64,000 bases of DNA, taken from assembly GCA_964016885.1 (NCBI GenBank), contig OZ024760.1, positions 3,906,001-3,970,000 on the forward strand, written 5' to 3'. Made by a program: the position numbers and the translations under genes. Each line of letters begins with the position of its first letter. The stretch's first letter is position 1. This document shows, piece by piece, positions 37,135 to 50,081 of this stretch. The notes under the pieces were generated by a model, which was not told the origin of the DNA, did no database searches, and saw only the letters and a list, made by a program, of their open reading frames with translations. This DNA comes from Eledone cirrhosa (lineage: Eukaryota).

Positions 37135-37538
37135 AAAAATGAACACAAACACACACAGACACCCGGATGTGGCGCATGCGCAAACTGAGCACACAACACA
37201 CACACAGAAACAAAATGGCGTAGGATAGAAGAAAGGAAAGGCACAGAAACGAAGAAAGGCATCCCCAGTCACTGAAGAGGTCACAGAGTGTGTGACGAAA
37301 GGACTATGACTATATATATAAACAACTATCTGGTTGTGGAACCAACCAACCAACCAGAAATTTATAAGTTTGTAAATTTGTAAATTTGTAAATTTATAAA
37401 TTTATAAATATATAATAAATTGAAGTGAAACAACTGGTGCGTGTGTTTCTTATTGGCAACATGACCCTCCCAAAGTATAACAATATCGGTTTCAACACAC
37501 GATTTCAGATAAAGAATCTTGCTAAACAAATTCAGAAA

Positions 37539-37545
<7 letters not shown>
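37135..37545 (+). mobile_element. Solo PLE-C pLTR with HHR (37267-37311)
   Basis: Matches the reverse complement of 19735-20130. Confidence 0.88.
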
Positions 37546-37591
<46 letters not shown>

Positions 37592-37615
37592 TATGTATGT
37601 ATATATATATGTATG

Positions 37616-37691
<76 letters not shown>

Positions 37692-37693
<2 letters not shown>

Positions 37694-37919
37694 GAAGGCG
37701 TGTGGCTGAGTGGTTAGAGAATTGGATTCGCAATCGTGAGGTTGTGAGTTCGATTCCTGGACCAGGCGATGCGTTATGTCCTTGAGAAAGACACTTTATT
37801 TCACGTTGCTCCTTCTACCTGGAGTTGCGACCGATAGATAGTATTAGCAATTGGAAAGACCAACGGAAACATTGTTTCCTCGGTCCGATTTGACGAAAGT
37901 GGATCGCTTAAAAAAAAAA
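37692..37919 (+). mobile_element. tRNA-derived SINE (family K), longer copy ending in an A-tract
   Basis: A/B boxes; same tail as the 35459 copy; a10 at the end. Confidence 0.8.
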
Positions 37920-38086
37920 TATATATATATGTATATGTATATATATATATGTATATATATATATATGTATATAATATGTATATAATATATTATATTATTT
38001 ACAAACTGTAGAGTGCTACTTATCCGATATCTGCATTGCATTATTGTACTACAATAAAACTCACCTCCTACATATATATGTATATA

Positions 38087-38139
<53 letters not shown>

Positions 38140-38141
<2 letters not shown>

Positions 38142-38462
38142 GCATATTAACCCACTCGATATGCAAATTGGGCTTCTCAGCTGTTAATATGCATAAGGTA
38201 AGTATATACGTTCAACAATCTGGCAGGAAGGTATACGTTGCTGACGATAGCTAGAAACTAGTACAGCGTTCCTTTGTCAGTGTTGAACAAATTAGCAACG
38301 ATGGTTGCTGGACACTACGGCTTAATACGGGATATTTGTTTACAAACACACCGAGCATTATAATAAATGTTCGGTGAATCCATACGTACATATATATGTG
38401 TGTGCATGTATGTATATATATATACATACTACTGTACGTCTGTATACATACATGTATGTACG
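38140..38462 (+). mobile_element. Diverged solo family-G unit with HHR (38235-38269)
   Basis: acgttg-CUGACGA-tagcta-GAAA-ctag-UA-cagcgt; homologous to 8600-8960. Confidence 0.8.
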
Positions 38463-38869
38463 TTCTCCGTGTGTGTTTATTATCTTAATTCCACACGAGG
38501 TGTAACTAGCCTGCTTTTAAATTTCCTTTCTGGCATATTTTAGCTGTGATTGGGTTATCGTGTTTGAGCTCTACCGATGAACGGTTCCAACCGTGACTAA
38601 CCCCACTGAAAAGTTTCGTGAAATAGTCTTTTTAAGACTATATAGAGCATTTCTAGATTTTTCCAAATTGAAGGATAAGTCTTTACCCTTAATTTTATAC
38701 TGAGTTAAGACTCTATTGGTTTTTTCCCTGGATTACACAAAATCTGTGGATAAAATTTCTGTCTTGACTTTTTTTAAATTGAGATTGAATTATTTTCACA
38801 TATCTTAAATATTTTCCATCTTGACGTAATAGTCACTTATATATTATGAATTACTGTTGGCTTCTTGCT

Positions 38870-39050
38870 CACGCAGTACCGGTAGAGGGTTGGACGCCAT
38901 GCTTTCTAGCATAGTTACCTCCCTTTACGGTTTGAGTTCAAATCCCGCTGAGGTTAACTTTACCTTTCATCCTTACGGGGTCGATAAAATAAAGTACCAG
39001 TAATGTACTGGGTATTTGCTGGCCTTGTGCCTAAAGTAGAAACAATTAAT
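38870..39050 (+). mobile_element. Old tRNA-derived SINE with Deu/Nin-like core
   Basis: gagttcaaatccc B box + gaggttaactttacctttcatccttacggggtcgataaaataaagtaccagt. Confidence 0.7.
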
Positions 39051-39067
39051 TTCTCTATTTTCATTTA

Positions 39068-39161
<94 letters not shown>

Positions 39162-39736
39162 CAGTATATATGTGACACACACGCGCAGGTATAGGTGTGT
39201 TGGTATGCACGCAACTAAAAAACTTTACGTCTTTTATATTATGTCAGTCTTCGCCTGTGGTGTCTGATTTAAAGAACGAACAACAAATATAGAACGACAG
39301 ACAGAGAGAAAAGCTTGTCTTGCGGCCACAATAACAATAATTATTCTAATAAATACCATAGCAACAACAACAGCGACAGCAACAGCAGCAACGACGACAC
39401 CAAGGACCAGGTAATCGGCTTAGGTGTGTCCTACATTCTTGGGATCTATCTAACATACACCCACATACACACACACACATATATATATATATAAATACAT
39501 ACATACATAGTCATACATACATAGTCATACATACATACACCCACATACGTACATACACACATATACATGCATATATACATACTCATTTTTTTGTGTTTAA
39601 ATGTACCACCACCTCCACCATCATACATATATACATACACCCACATACATACATACACATATACATACATACATACATACATACACTCAATCTTTTGTGT
39701 TTTAATGTACCACCACCATCATCTTTTGACAGTAGA

Positions 39737-39779
<43 letters not shown>

Positions 39780-40273
39780 GTATCCGCAGCAGAGTAGTAG
39801 TAGTAGTAGTAGTAGTAATTTTCATCAAATGATCGTCATATTTGAGAAAAAAAAATAATACAATGATGATGATAAAAAATGATGATAATGATGGTAAACG
39901 ACGACGGTGACGTCAGCTTAAGTCAAGTGAGAACGAACGTCCATAATTACTTATCAACAGACATACCTAAGTGTGTAAGTGTATGCCTGTCTATGTATGT
40001 ATGTATGTATGTATGTCTTTAAATAAGATTATTTTAATACACAAGACGTGTTTAGGTGGTTTTGCCTGTCACAGCAGGTACCATCCACAAACGCCATTCA
40101 ACTATTGACTGGCAGTTCCTGGTAGTTAAAGAATTTCAGACAAACTTTCCGTGAAAGAACTTAAGAATGGCTACAACTGAGGTAAATATGAAGTATCATA
40201 CATATTGGTATTACTGTTGACCTTATGCGTTCATGTATACATACATATATATATAGATACATACATACATACA

Positions 40274-40304
<31 letters not shown>

Positions 40305-40330
40305 GCATGTATACATACATATATGAATGT

Positions 40331-40389
<59 letters not shown>

Positions 40390-40553
40390 CATATACTTAT
40401 ATGCATGTATACATACATACATATACATACATACATACGCTTATATGCATATATAGATACATACATGCATATGCTTATATGCATGTATACATACATACAT
40501 ATATACATACGTACATACATATGCTTATATGCATGTATACATACATACATACA

Positions 40554-40584
<31 letters not shown>

Positions 40585-40727
40585 GTATGTATATGTTAGT
40601 GGGTATACACACACATACACACATACATAAATACATACATCTGAGCGTTTTATTGAGAAGCACAAAGGTCAAACATATTTGATAAGTTTTGATTCCTTAC
40701 ATTTATATGTATATATATATGTGTGTG

Positions 40728-40774
<47 letters not shown>

Positions 40775-40797
40775 GTGTTTGTGTGTGTGTGTGTGCG

Positions 40798-40829
<32 letters not shown>

Positions 40830-41003
40830 AATCAATGAAAAAAGAGTTAGTTGATTTCTGATCAATTCGTTCTTACATTTTCTATGTATTTTGTCTGAGG
40901 AGGACATGTTTTTCTTTATGATATACATAAAACTTTACAACTTCGCAATATATATAATGAAATAAATAGAGATGATATAAAGTATATATCTTTGGTTTAT
41001 TAC

Positions 41004-41234
<231 letters not shown>

Positions 41235-41325
41235 TCAATACTCATCTTTTTCCATTTATCTGAGGGTTCTAAACCCCATTATCAGGCTAAAATTCCTTTA
41301 GTCAAAAATACGGGAACCGCTATTC

Positions 41326-41370
<45 letters not shown>

Positions 41371-41949
41371 TTCTTCCACTTACTCCTCTAATGATAGTGG
41401 GGGCAAGGTCCTAGAACATTCCTTCCACTATCTTAACCAATCAAAGGAAGCGATCCGGAATATATATTTATATAGTATGAGTATTCTTATATCTACCCTT
41501 TTTATATACTATCAATAAAGATCCTAACTTCATTGTTTCCACAGAGGACGGTATGATCAAACCCATATATTATGTCTGATAGTATACAATTTTTTAACAG
41601 CTATAGATCAGTCAATATATCAATATGATCAACCCTCCGAAACGATCGTAAAACAATGAATGAGATATGTAAAATAACTTGCCTTTGTTCTCAATGTGAA
41701 ATAAAATAATATGTAATATATATATATATATATAGGAAAATGAGGAAAACTCTTGATAGAGTTTGATATATTTGAAAAAAGAAAAGAATGACTCCACTGA
41801 CGTTTGTATGTTTTAATAATCTAATGATTTATTAAGAGATATTGGATTATTAAAGCATACCGAGCTCCGGTGAAGTAATGAAGTAATTCTTTTCTTTTTC
41901 ATATATATATATATATATATATACATATATACATACACATATATAAAAC

Positions 41950-42036
<87 letters not shown>

Positions 42037-42269
42037 TACATACATACATAATTCTTTTATATATATATACACATATGTTTTATATATGTGTAGTATGCAT
42101 ATATATACATACATAAAATGTGTGTATATATATAAAAGAATTATGTATATATATATGTATAACTATATATACATATATGTATGTGTATATATATATATAT
42201 GTGTGTGTATATGTATTTATATATATATGTATGTATATATATATGTTTGTATGTATATGTATGTATGTG

Positions 42270-42336
<67 letters not shown>

Positions 42337-42399
42337 ACATTTATATATATATACTCATATATGTATGTATATATATACATATATATATATGTCAGGTTT

Positions 42400-42940
42400 T
42401 GTTTTTTGTCCTGCAGGGTGTCCAAAATCACCCTCCTCACCAAGTAAACTTGGTGGGGTTGCCGGTTTAGTCGCCGACGACCCGACCACTCGACAGGTTG
42501 TACTGGGTTACATGTTACCAGTAGCACTCAAGAGTGACCCGACATATGGCGGAAGAACTCATAAGGGTCAATGGCCATCCAAAAGTGTGTAAATATGTAT
42601 ATACACATGTACATGTGTGTGTATATGTGTATATGCATGGGTGCATGCGTATGTATATGGGCGGGGACATAGGAATAGTCGGGCTGGACACCCGATCGCG
42701 CAGTTAAACCACTGGGAGTGAAGGACCCCTACCCTTTCTCAGGGCATTCTTCTAGAAGAAGGCAACTCAGGAAACTGGGATAACTCCGATATAAAACCTG
42801 CGGCTCAGTAGTTACCGATGATGTTGATCTTTTCTTCTTTTCGGGTTATAGCTACTGTCGCTCAGAGAGTGGGATTGGCTCAGTGTACAATCTTTCCTCA
42901 CTTTAAAAAATATCTTCGCGCACAGGCATTTCACGATAGA
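42400..42940 (+). mobile_element. RTE-like 5' UTR-type fragment
   Basis: ctagaagaaggcaactc..tataaaacctgc; homologous to rc of 6033-6472. Confidence 0.45.
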
Positions 42941-43660
42941 ATTAATTAATTATTATTAATAATGGTATATCGTGCAATGGCCATACTCGATAACGAGGGG
43001 GCAGGATCATATATATATGTATATACATATATATATATTTTTTTTTAGTTAATTTATATATATATACACACACACAAATATATGTATATAAGGTGTGTGT
43101 TTGTAGACAATAAGGCCCATTTCCCAGGTTTCTATTTTTGTGGAAGTCTATATAGGATTATGGTATTGTCAACTTATTATGAGGTATGGCGATCGTTCCT
43201 TGTTTGTAAATGCATGGCTAACCATGGAGAAAGTGTCGTACTTGTGTGGCCGATAATAATTTGAGCCTCAAAATATACAATTTTCACGTTCCACACTGCA
43301 ATTTCTATTACATTGTTTGTTTGAAGTATGTTCTGTAATATACTAGTTTGTGGTTTTATGTTGATAAAGAGAGTTCAAATTCTACTATAGTCTATCGAAT
43401 TAACCACAGTATTCTTTTTAAAAAGTGTGGCACTTAATTTTATCAATCTCCCTTAGTCGAACCACAGCGTTAGGTAGAGGGGGGGGGGGGCTATTTCTAC
43501 ATGCCCCATCATTCCCCTTTTTTCAAACTGTGTCAACATAATGATATTCACACATGCACACACATGTAAGATACCTGTGCGTGTGTGGGTCGATATATAT
43601 ATACAGCTTTGCAGGCATATAAACATTCTCTCACTCTTTCTCATTATATATATATACATA

Positions 43661-43763
43661 TCCCGCCGAGGTTAACTTTGCCTTTCATCCTTACGGGGTC
43701 GATAAAATAAAGTACCAGTAATGTACTGGGTAATTGCTGGCCTTGTGCCAAAAAGTAGAAACA
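43661..43763 (+). mobile_element. SINE core fragment (same family as 38870)
   Basis: gaggttaactttgcctttcatccttacggggtcgataaaataaagtaccag. Confidence 0.75.
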
Positions 43764-44517
43764 AATATATATATATACATATACATATATACACACACAG
43801 ACACACATATATATATATATAAATAAATACACATGCATACATACATATATATACACATGCATACATACATATATATACATACATATAAATACACATGCAT
43901 ACATACATATATATACATATAAATACACATGCATACATACATATATATACATACATACATATACATACATATAAATACACATGCATACATATATATACAT
44001 ACATATAAATACACATGCATACATATATATACATACATACATACATATATATATATATATGTATGTATATGTATGCATGTATGTATATATATACATATAC
44101 ATACATACATATATGCACATATATATATATACATATATGCACATAAATATATATACATACATGCATACATATACATACACACACATACCTACATACATTT
44201 GGAAACAAAGGAAATGTAAGATTAAACACGGCTGTATCTGCTGTCTGTTCAGCTAGAATGCAGACTGGCGCAGTATCTGGATAAATGTGCAACATGGCGT
44301 CGTGATGGCCTCTTGGTGTGCAAAGTAAAATGACTAGTGGTTACGCGTGCGTAAACTTATATGGTCATAAATTGGACGGAATATCGATAGACAGTCGATG
44401 GCGTTACGGTAATGTAGCTTGTGGGTTCAATTTCATGTCTTTACTCTTGTGGTGGTAGTGGTGGTGATGGTTGTAGTAGTAGTAGTGTTGGTGGTGGTGG
44501 TGGTAGTAGTAGTGATG

Positions 44518-44586
<69 letters not shown>

Positions 44587-44639
44587 CTGGTGTTGGTAAA
44601 GGGAGAAAGAGGAAGTGAGAAAAGAAATATAGAGAAAGA

Positions 44640-44738
44640 ATCGACTCCAGTACTGGATGAAAGTCAAAGTTGGCCTCGGCGGGATTTGAACTACAAAACA
44701 TTTTATCCGACGTTCTAACGACTTTGCCGATTCGTCGC
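44640..44738 (-). mobile_element. SINE fragment (same family)
   Basis: ggatgaaag..cctcggcgggatttgaact. Confidence 0.6.
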
Positions 44739-45011
44739 CTGTACACATCAAACTGTAATGTGACAAATTACACCAATGCCAGCCGCTCTTTGAAGGTTTG
44801 GAGCTGTTGAACTTGCAACAAGTAAAAAAGGATGATGGACAAAGACTACAAATACGGCAGGTTTTTTGTAAAAGATTCTCTGATGAATACACACACATAT
44901 ATACACGCACACGTATGCGCGCGCACACACAAACACACACCATACATATATATAGTCCCCAAAGTAAAAGTACTGATGTTTTATTTAAACGTATATTAGG
45001 TGTATATGAAA

Positions 45012-45165
45012 TTACAAGTTATCTCCTTCAAAATACGACCCTAGGGAAGTCAGACATTGGTTCCAACGTTTTTTTCCAGTGATGGAAGTCATTTCTGTGA
45101 GTGTCCTTAGCTCGTCGGTTACAATTTCTTGCCTGTTTTCCACAGTCACCAAATGATGACCCTCC
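45012..45165 (-). pseudogene. Mariner-type transposase C-terminal relic
   Basis: rc translates ..GHHLVTVENRQEIVTDELRTL..KRWNQCLTSLGSYFEGDNL*, resembling the mariner RW.KC...G.YFEGD terminus. Confidence 0.65.
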
Positions 45166-45483
45166 AACCAACTAGTTGCGAATCGAACTACTTAACCACC
45201 CAGCCATAATACAATACATTATGTATTTCACATCTGTTCGATGTTCTTTTAAGTTGCATGAATAATTAAAATGATTGTAAATCATACGAAACATTGAAAG
45301 TATACATATGGTGTCTCATAGATACATACATACTTATTCTTTCATTAATATTATATATATATATACGTGTGTGTGTGTGTATATATATATACATATGTGT
45401 GTGTGTGTTTATATATATATATATGCATATACATATGTATCTGTGTGTATATATATGTGTGTGTGTGTATATGTGTGTGTGTG

Positions 45484-45516
<33 letters not shown>

Positions 45517-46044
45517 AAGTATATAATTTTAAGAGTAAGGTATACCTTATATATATATATATATACAAATTTAGCGTAGCTATAAAAAGTTCTACAAAGT
45601 AGTTACATCACAGGTTTTATTTGTCTGTGGACAGAGATAAGATCAACCTAACCAGTTTTTTTTAGATAGATTACTCATTGTCTGTCCACAGCAAGTTTAT
45701 TAGCTAATAGGTATTTATAGTGTATACAAACTTGAACATAGCTAAACTGGCCTGTCCAATTTGCATAACAGTGCAGGCAATGATAATATGAATTTATTAA
45801 TAGTGCATGAATCAAGATTCATCCTTCATGCCCATACCAGTAATTGGTGAAGGTCAGTGACTGTTTTGCTAGGAAGGTTGGGACATAGTTTAGAAGAACG
45901 TGTGCGGTTTAGCTCCTACTTGAGCTGTCTGGGTCAGGTTTTAGAGCTTGGATGTAGGTAAGGTGTATGGTTAACGTTTACTTGAGTTCGTGGTTGGTTT
46001 TGGCTTAATCTGAATGTATTTTTTTATGTTCAAGTTAAGGCAAT

Positions 46045-46225
46045 TGATGGTCTTAGTTACATAATTGTTTCTACTTTTGGCACTGGTACTTTATTTTATC
46101 GAACCCCGTAAGGATAAAAGGGAAAGTTAACCTCGGCGGGATTTGAACTCAGAACATAAACGGCCATAACTCTATGCTGCAAAGAATGGTGTCTGACGCT
46201 CTACCAATCTACTGCCAATCCACTG
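46045..46225 (-). mobile_element. SINE (same family as 38870)
   Basis: actggtactttattttatcga..aaagttaacctcggcgggatttgaactc. Confidence 0.7.
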
Positions 46226-47094
46226 ATTATCAACCAGTCGGTGTTTACCAGGGACTATGTTGAAAAATAAACCTCATTTAGTCATTCTAAGAGAGTATCT
46301 TGGTCAGCCTGTGAACTTCTCAGCTGACCTTCGTACGCGTGCATGTCTGTGTATGTCTGTGTATGTGTGTGTGTGTGTGTGCGCATGGTTTTATATGGGT
46401 GAAAGACTGTAAGGGTGCATAGTGGACGTTGGAATTGGGTAGGGTTGGAGAGGAAAGGGATGGACAGTAAATTTGAATGTCCACATCCATCGTTTGACTG
46501 AACCCCCCCTCCCTAACACCACATCAACTACAGACACACACTATCACCACCAACTACAGCACCACCACCACCACCACCAATACCTCCAACAACTAAACAA
46601 CCGTATTACCTCCGACAACGCTATCCTCCCCTCCCACATAAACCACCACCATCACCATTACCACCGACGGCGAAGGTGATGGTACCGTTGAAGTCAGAGA
46701 AGGAAAGTAGAAAGAACAAAAGAGTGATGTAATATGATAAAATAATGTAGGAGTGTAATATTGGCTGGGGGGGGGGGGGGGGGGCAAGTGTACAGCGTAA
46801 GTGCATAAATTCTCGGTATCCGGTTACACTGGGACAGATAGATAGATAGATAGATATATATATTTCTTTATTAGCCACAGGGGCACAAAAGAAGGGGACA
46901 AATACAAAGGGGGAAGTTTACATACAATAAAAACGTGTAAAATGTTATCACAAATGGAATTTAAAAAGTTAGTCGATTTTTCCCAATAGAGGGAGACAGT
47001 TTATATGGGTAACACATACCCCCGAAAAAAAAATGTGCAACCCTCATCTCCAGGAGTACGAAGAGTTTGTACTCTCCTCCTCCTTTTCCTCAAC

Positions 47095-50044
47095 CTACAG
47101 GCTGATATAGAGAGAAGGCCCATTCACTCGGGCCATTCTCGTCACTTTCACCCACCTTTCATAAAACTTGCTGGGGTACAGCACCTCTCTCTCCATCCTG
47201 ATTCTTCTTCTAAAGTGGTATTTGAAAAAAAGAATCAGTTGTTGGCCGGAGAGAAAGGTGTCTGACCTCAGCCCTTTCAACCTTGTCCACCATACAACCT
47301 CTTTCGCCATAGCTATCACACAAAGGAAAACCGCCTCTCCTTCGTTTTTGAAGTTTTGAAGGAGGGTGGCGATTTGATCATGACAATGGACTCGGTTGGT
47401 CCCACCCGCGACAATAGTCGTTCTACATAGCCCCACAGGTCAGTGACGCCCGGGCAGTGTATGAATGCGTGCGCGACGGTTTCTTCGTCTCGCACGCACC
47501 TCGAACAGATCTTTTTTGCAGGGTCCCTTCCCGGGCGCCCATGTCTGTAGAGCTTGTCTCGAACTGGTAGAGCTCCTCGATAGCACTGCCAGGCCAGGGA
47601 CTTTTGGAAGTTGTCCATCGGTCCCGGGCGAAAGGTCCTACCGAACAGACTGGCCAGTTCATCTTCCTCTACGCCTTGAGTTTCACTGAGCGCGTCGTCG
47701 CACTTGCTGCGGACCAACCCTCTATAGAATGACGAAGTGGAGTCTCCACTGATCGCCGGGTCCGCCTGCCAGAGGGCTGTGAGCGCCTGAACACATTCGA
47801 TGTGCCAGTCGCCCGTTTTCCTCGGTCTTTGCTTGACCCAGGACTGCAGCTCGGTCAGCGAGACGAGTCGTGGGAAGGCTCGCCTCACGAACGGGGCCCA
47901 CACCGTAAAATACGTAGAGATGCCGCAGCCTGAGCGCGTGTTTGCGCATCGTCAACCACGGCATCCCCAGCCCTCCGTTAGAAGGGTGTTGGCAGCAGAT
48001 GGATCTTCTCACCAAAGGAGCCCGCCTCTTCCAAAGGAATCGGAAGAGCGCGCGCTCCATTTTGGCGAGCGTTTTGGCCGGACAAGGCACGACGGTCAAG
48101 CGGTAGTAGATGGCGGACGCTATAAAAGTGTTCGCCACCTCCGCTCGACCTTTCAAGGATAGTTTGCACTCGGCCCACTTCTGGGTGAGTGCAAACACCT
48201 TGGCCGTCACTTCGTTCCAGTTCTTCTCCACCTGGAGGTCCGGACCAAACCAGACCCCGAGCAGCTTTACCGGTCCTTCCGTCCAGCGTCAACCCTATCG
48301 AAAGCCTTAGACTGATCCAAGTTGATCAGGGCCCCACCGAAGCCGGGTTTATGATGTATCGCATGTATCTATGATGTATCGCATGAGGTGGAGGTTGTCG
48401 TGTATGGACCTGGTCGGGATTGCGCATGTCTGCGCCTCTCCCACCAGGTTCTCGACGACAAGAGCCAGCCTCTTTGCCAACACCTTGGCCAAAATCTGTA
48501 ACTCTGTGTTTAGCAGAGTTATGGGCCGGAAGTTGCCTATGTCATCCCCCTTATTCTCGTCCTTCCTGATTAGTGTGACCACGCTCCCGGTTACAGAACT
48601 GGGAATTCTCCCGATCTATTGCCAGTTGCAGTAGACCGCTTCCAGGAGACCGGAGAATAAGTCCGGCATTGCTACGTAAAATTCGTAGGGTAGACCGTCG
48701 AGACCTGGAGATTTGCGTTTGCCGCATTGGCTCAGCGCGTACCCTATCTCAGTGGCTGAAATCGGCTTTTCGCAGAACTTTGCCTCGCTGTCCGAGAGTC
48801 GCGGTAGGCCGTCGAGGTATGGACCGAAATCCATAGCCTCCCCCCCCCCCCGAACAGCTGAGCAAAGTGCCGCTGAAAAGCCGCACACATCTGCTTCGGC
48901 TCAAGTATCACGCGTCCGTTTTGGTCCTTCAAAGACCGAATCGTGGACTTGTTGCCACTTTTTGCCTCCGTCACTCGGGCCCAGCTAACAGCTTTGGCTC
49001 CCTCGTTTCCCAGAGCACGTATTTTGCTTCTGACAACGCAGCCCTCGTGCTTTGCGTCGAAGAACTGGTCCAAGGCCGTTCTCGTTGCTAGCACGTTGCC
49101 ACTTCTAATTGCCTCTTCTACTTTATCTACCAGTTCTATTTCTATCTAACGCTAATTCTTTACTAAAAACTATCGAGTCTAATCTAACTGCCCTCTTGAG
49201 AGAGTACCACCATCTGTTGTTGACAATGGCCCCTGTCAAGTGCTGTTTAACTAATGTGCTAATCCGTCTACTGTAGGCTTTGCTTGTCGGTAACGACAAG
49301 TTCAGCTTCCAGTAGCCGGGTCCTTGTCTATGGGTTCTATCAAGGTTGGCCATGCAGGTCACTAGTTTGTGATCTGAATAGGCAACCATGAACATTTGTG
49401 GACAGCTTAACATGTCCCTATCCTTATTTCTAACTAGAACCCTATCTAAGTACGATCTAGATGTTCCGCTATGATTACTCCACGTCCACAGTGGCGCAGT
49501 CGGAAAATCTAGTCGATATCGGCCAGGTCAAATCGGTCGATTAACTGTTTGAGGCTGTTACACCCCCCTTTATCGGGACATGCTCCCACATAGTCCCAAC
49601 GTGCATCTAGGATTCCATTCCAGTCCCCCACTAAAAGCAAGGAGCGGGACGTTCCCAGAAAAGTCTCTAGACGTTTGAAGAAGTCTGGCCGCGGTGTCCC
49701 GGATGGGGCATATGCGGCCACCAGCCTGAAGGCTCCACCTTCACTACCGTCAACGTCTAGGACCACCAGTCGACCCTCCGGGTTCAGATGTACCGTCTGT
49801 GTTACGAGGCCCAGGTGTTTCCGCAGCAAAACGGCAACTCCGCCCCCACCCCCCGGTTGACAGAGAGATGCGTAGATCTCAAAGTCATCGAAGATGGGGG
49901 CCAGCTGTCGCTCGCCGTGGATCCTGGACTCGCAAACGGCTACCACAGCCATACTGTGCGACCTGAGGTCGTTTAAGAGTTTGCCCTGTTTCCAGGGCAT
50001 CCCAGGCCGCGTACGTTCACACATCCAACTCTTATATTGGCCAT
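47095..50044 (-). pseudogene. Tx1 ORF2 (APE endonuclease-RT), frameshifted, with RT core deletion near 48290
   Basis: NVRGL, GDWN, SDHK, SPGLDG, NFRPITLLN, LSLKGR, GGLG, CSRC..HAFIHC; QGCPLS/YADD missing. Confidence 0.93.
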
Positions 50045-50081
50045 GTTGGTGCTGAAAAGTTAAAAGAGGAAAAGAGATCAC

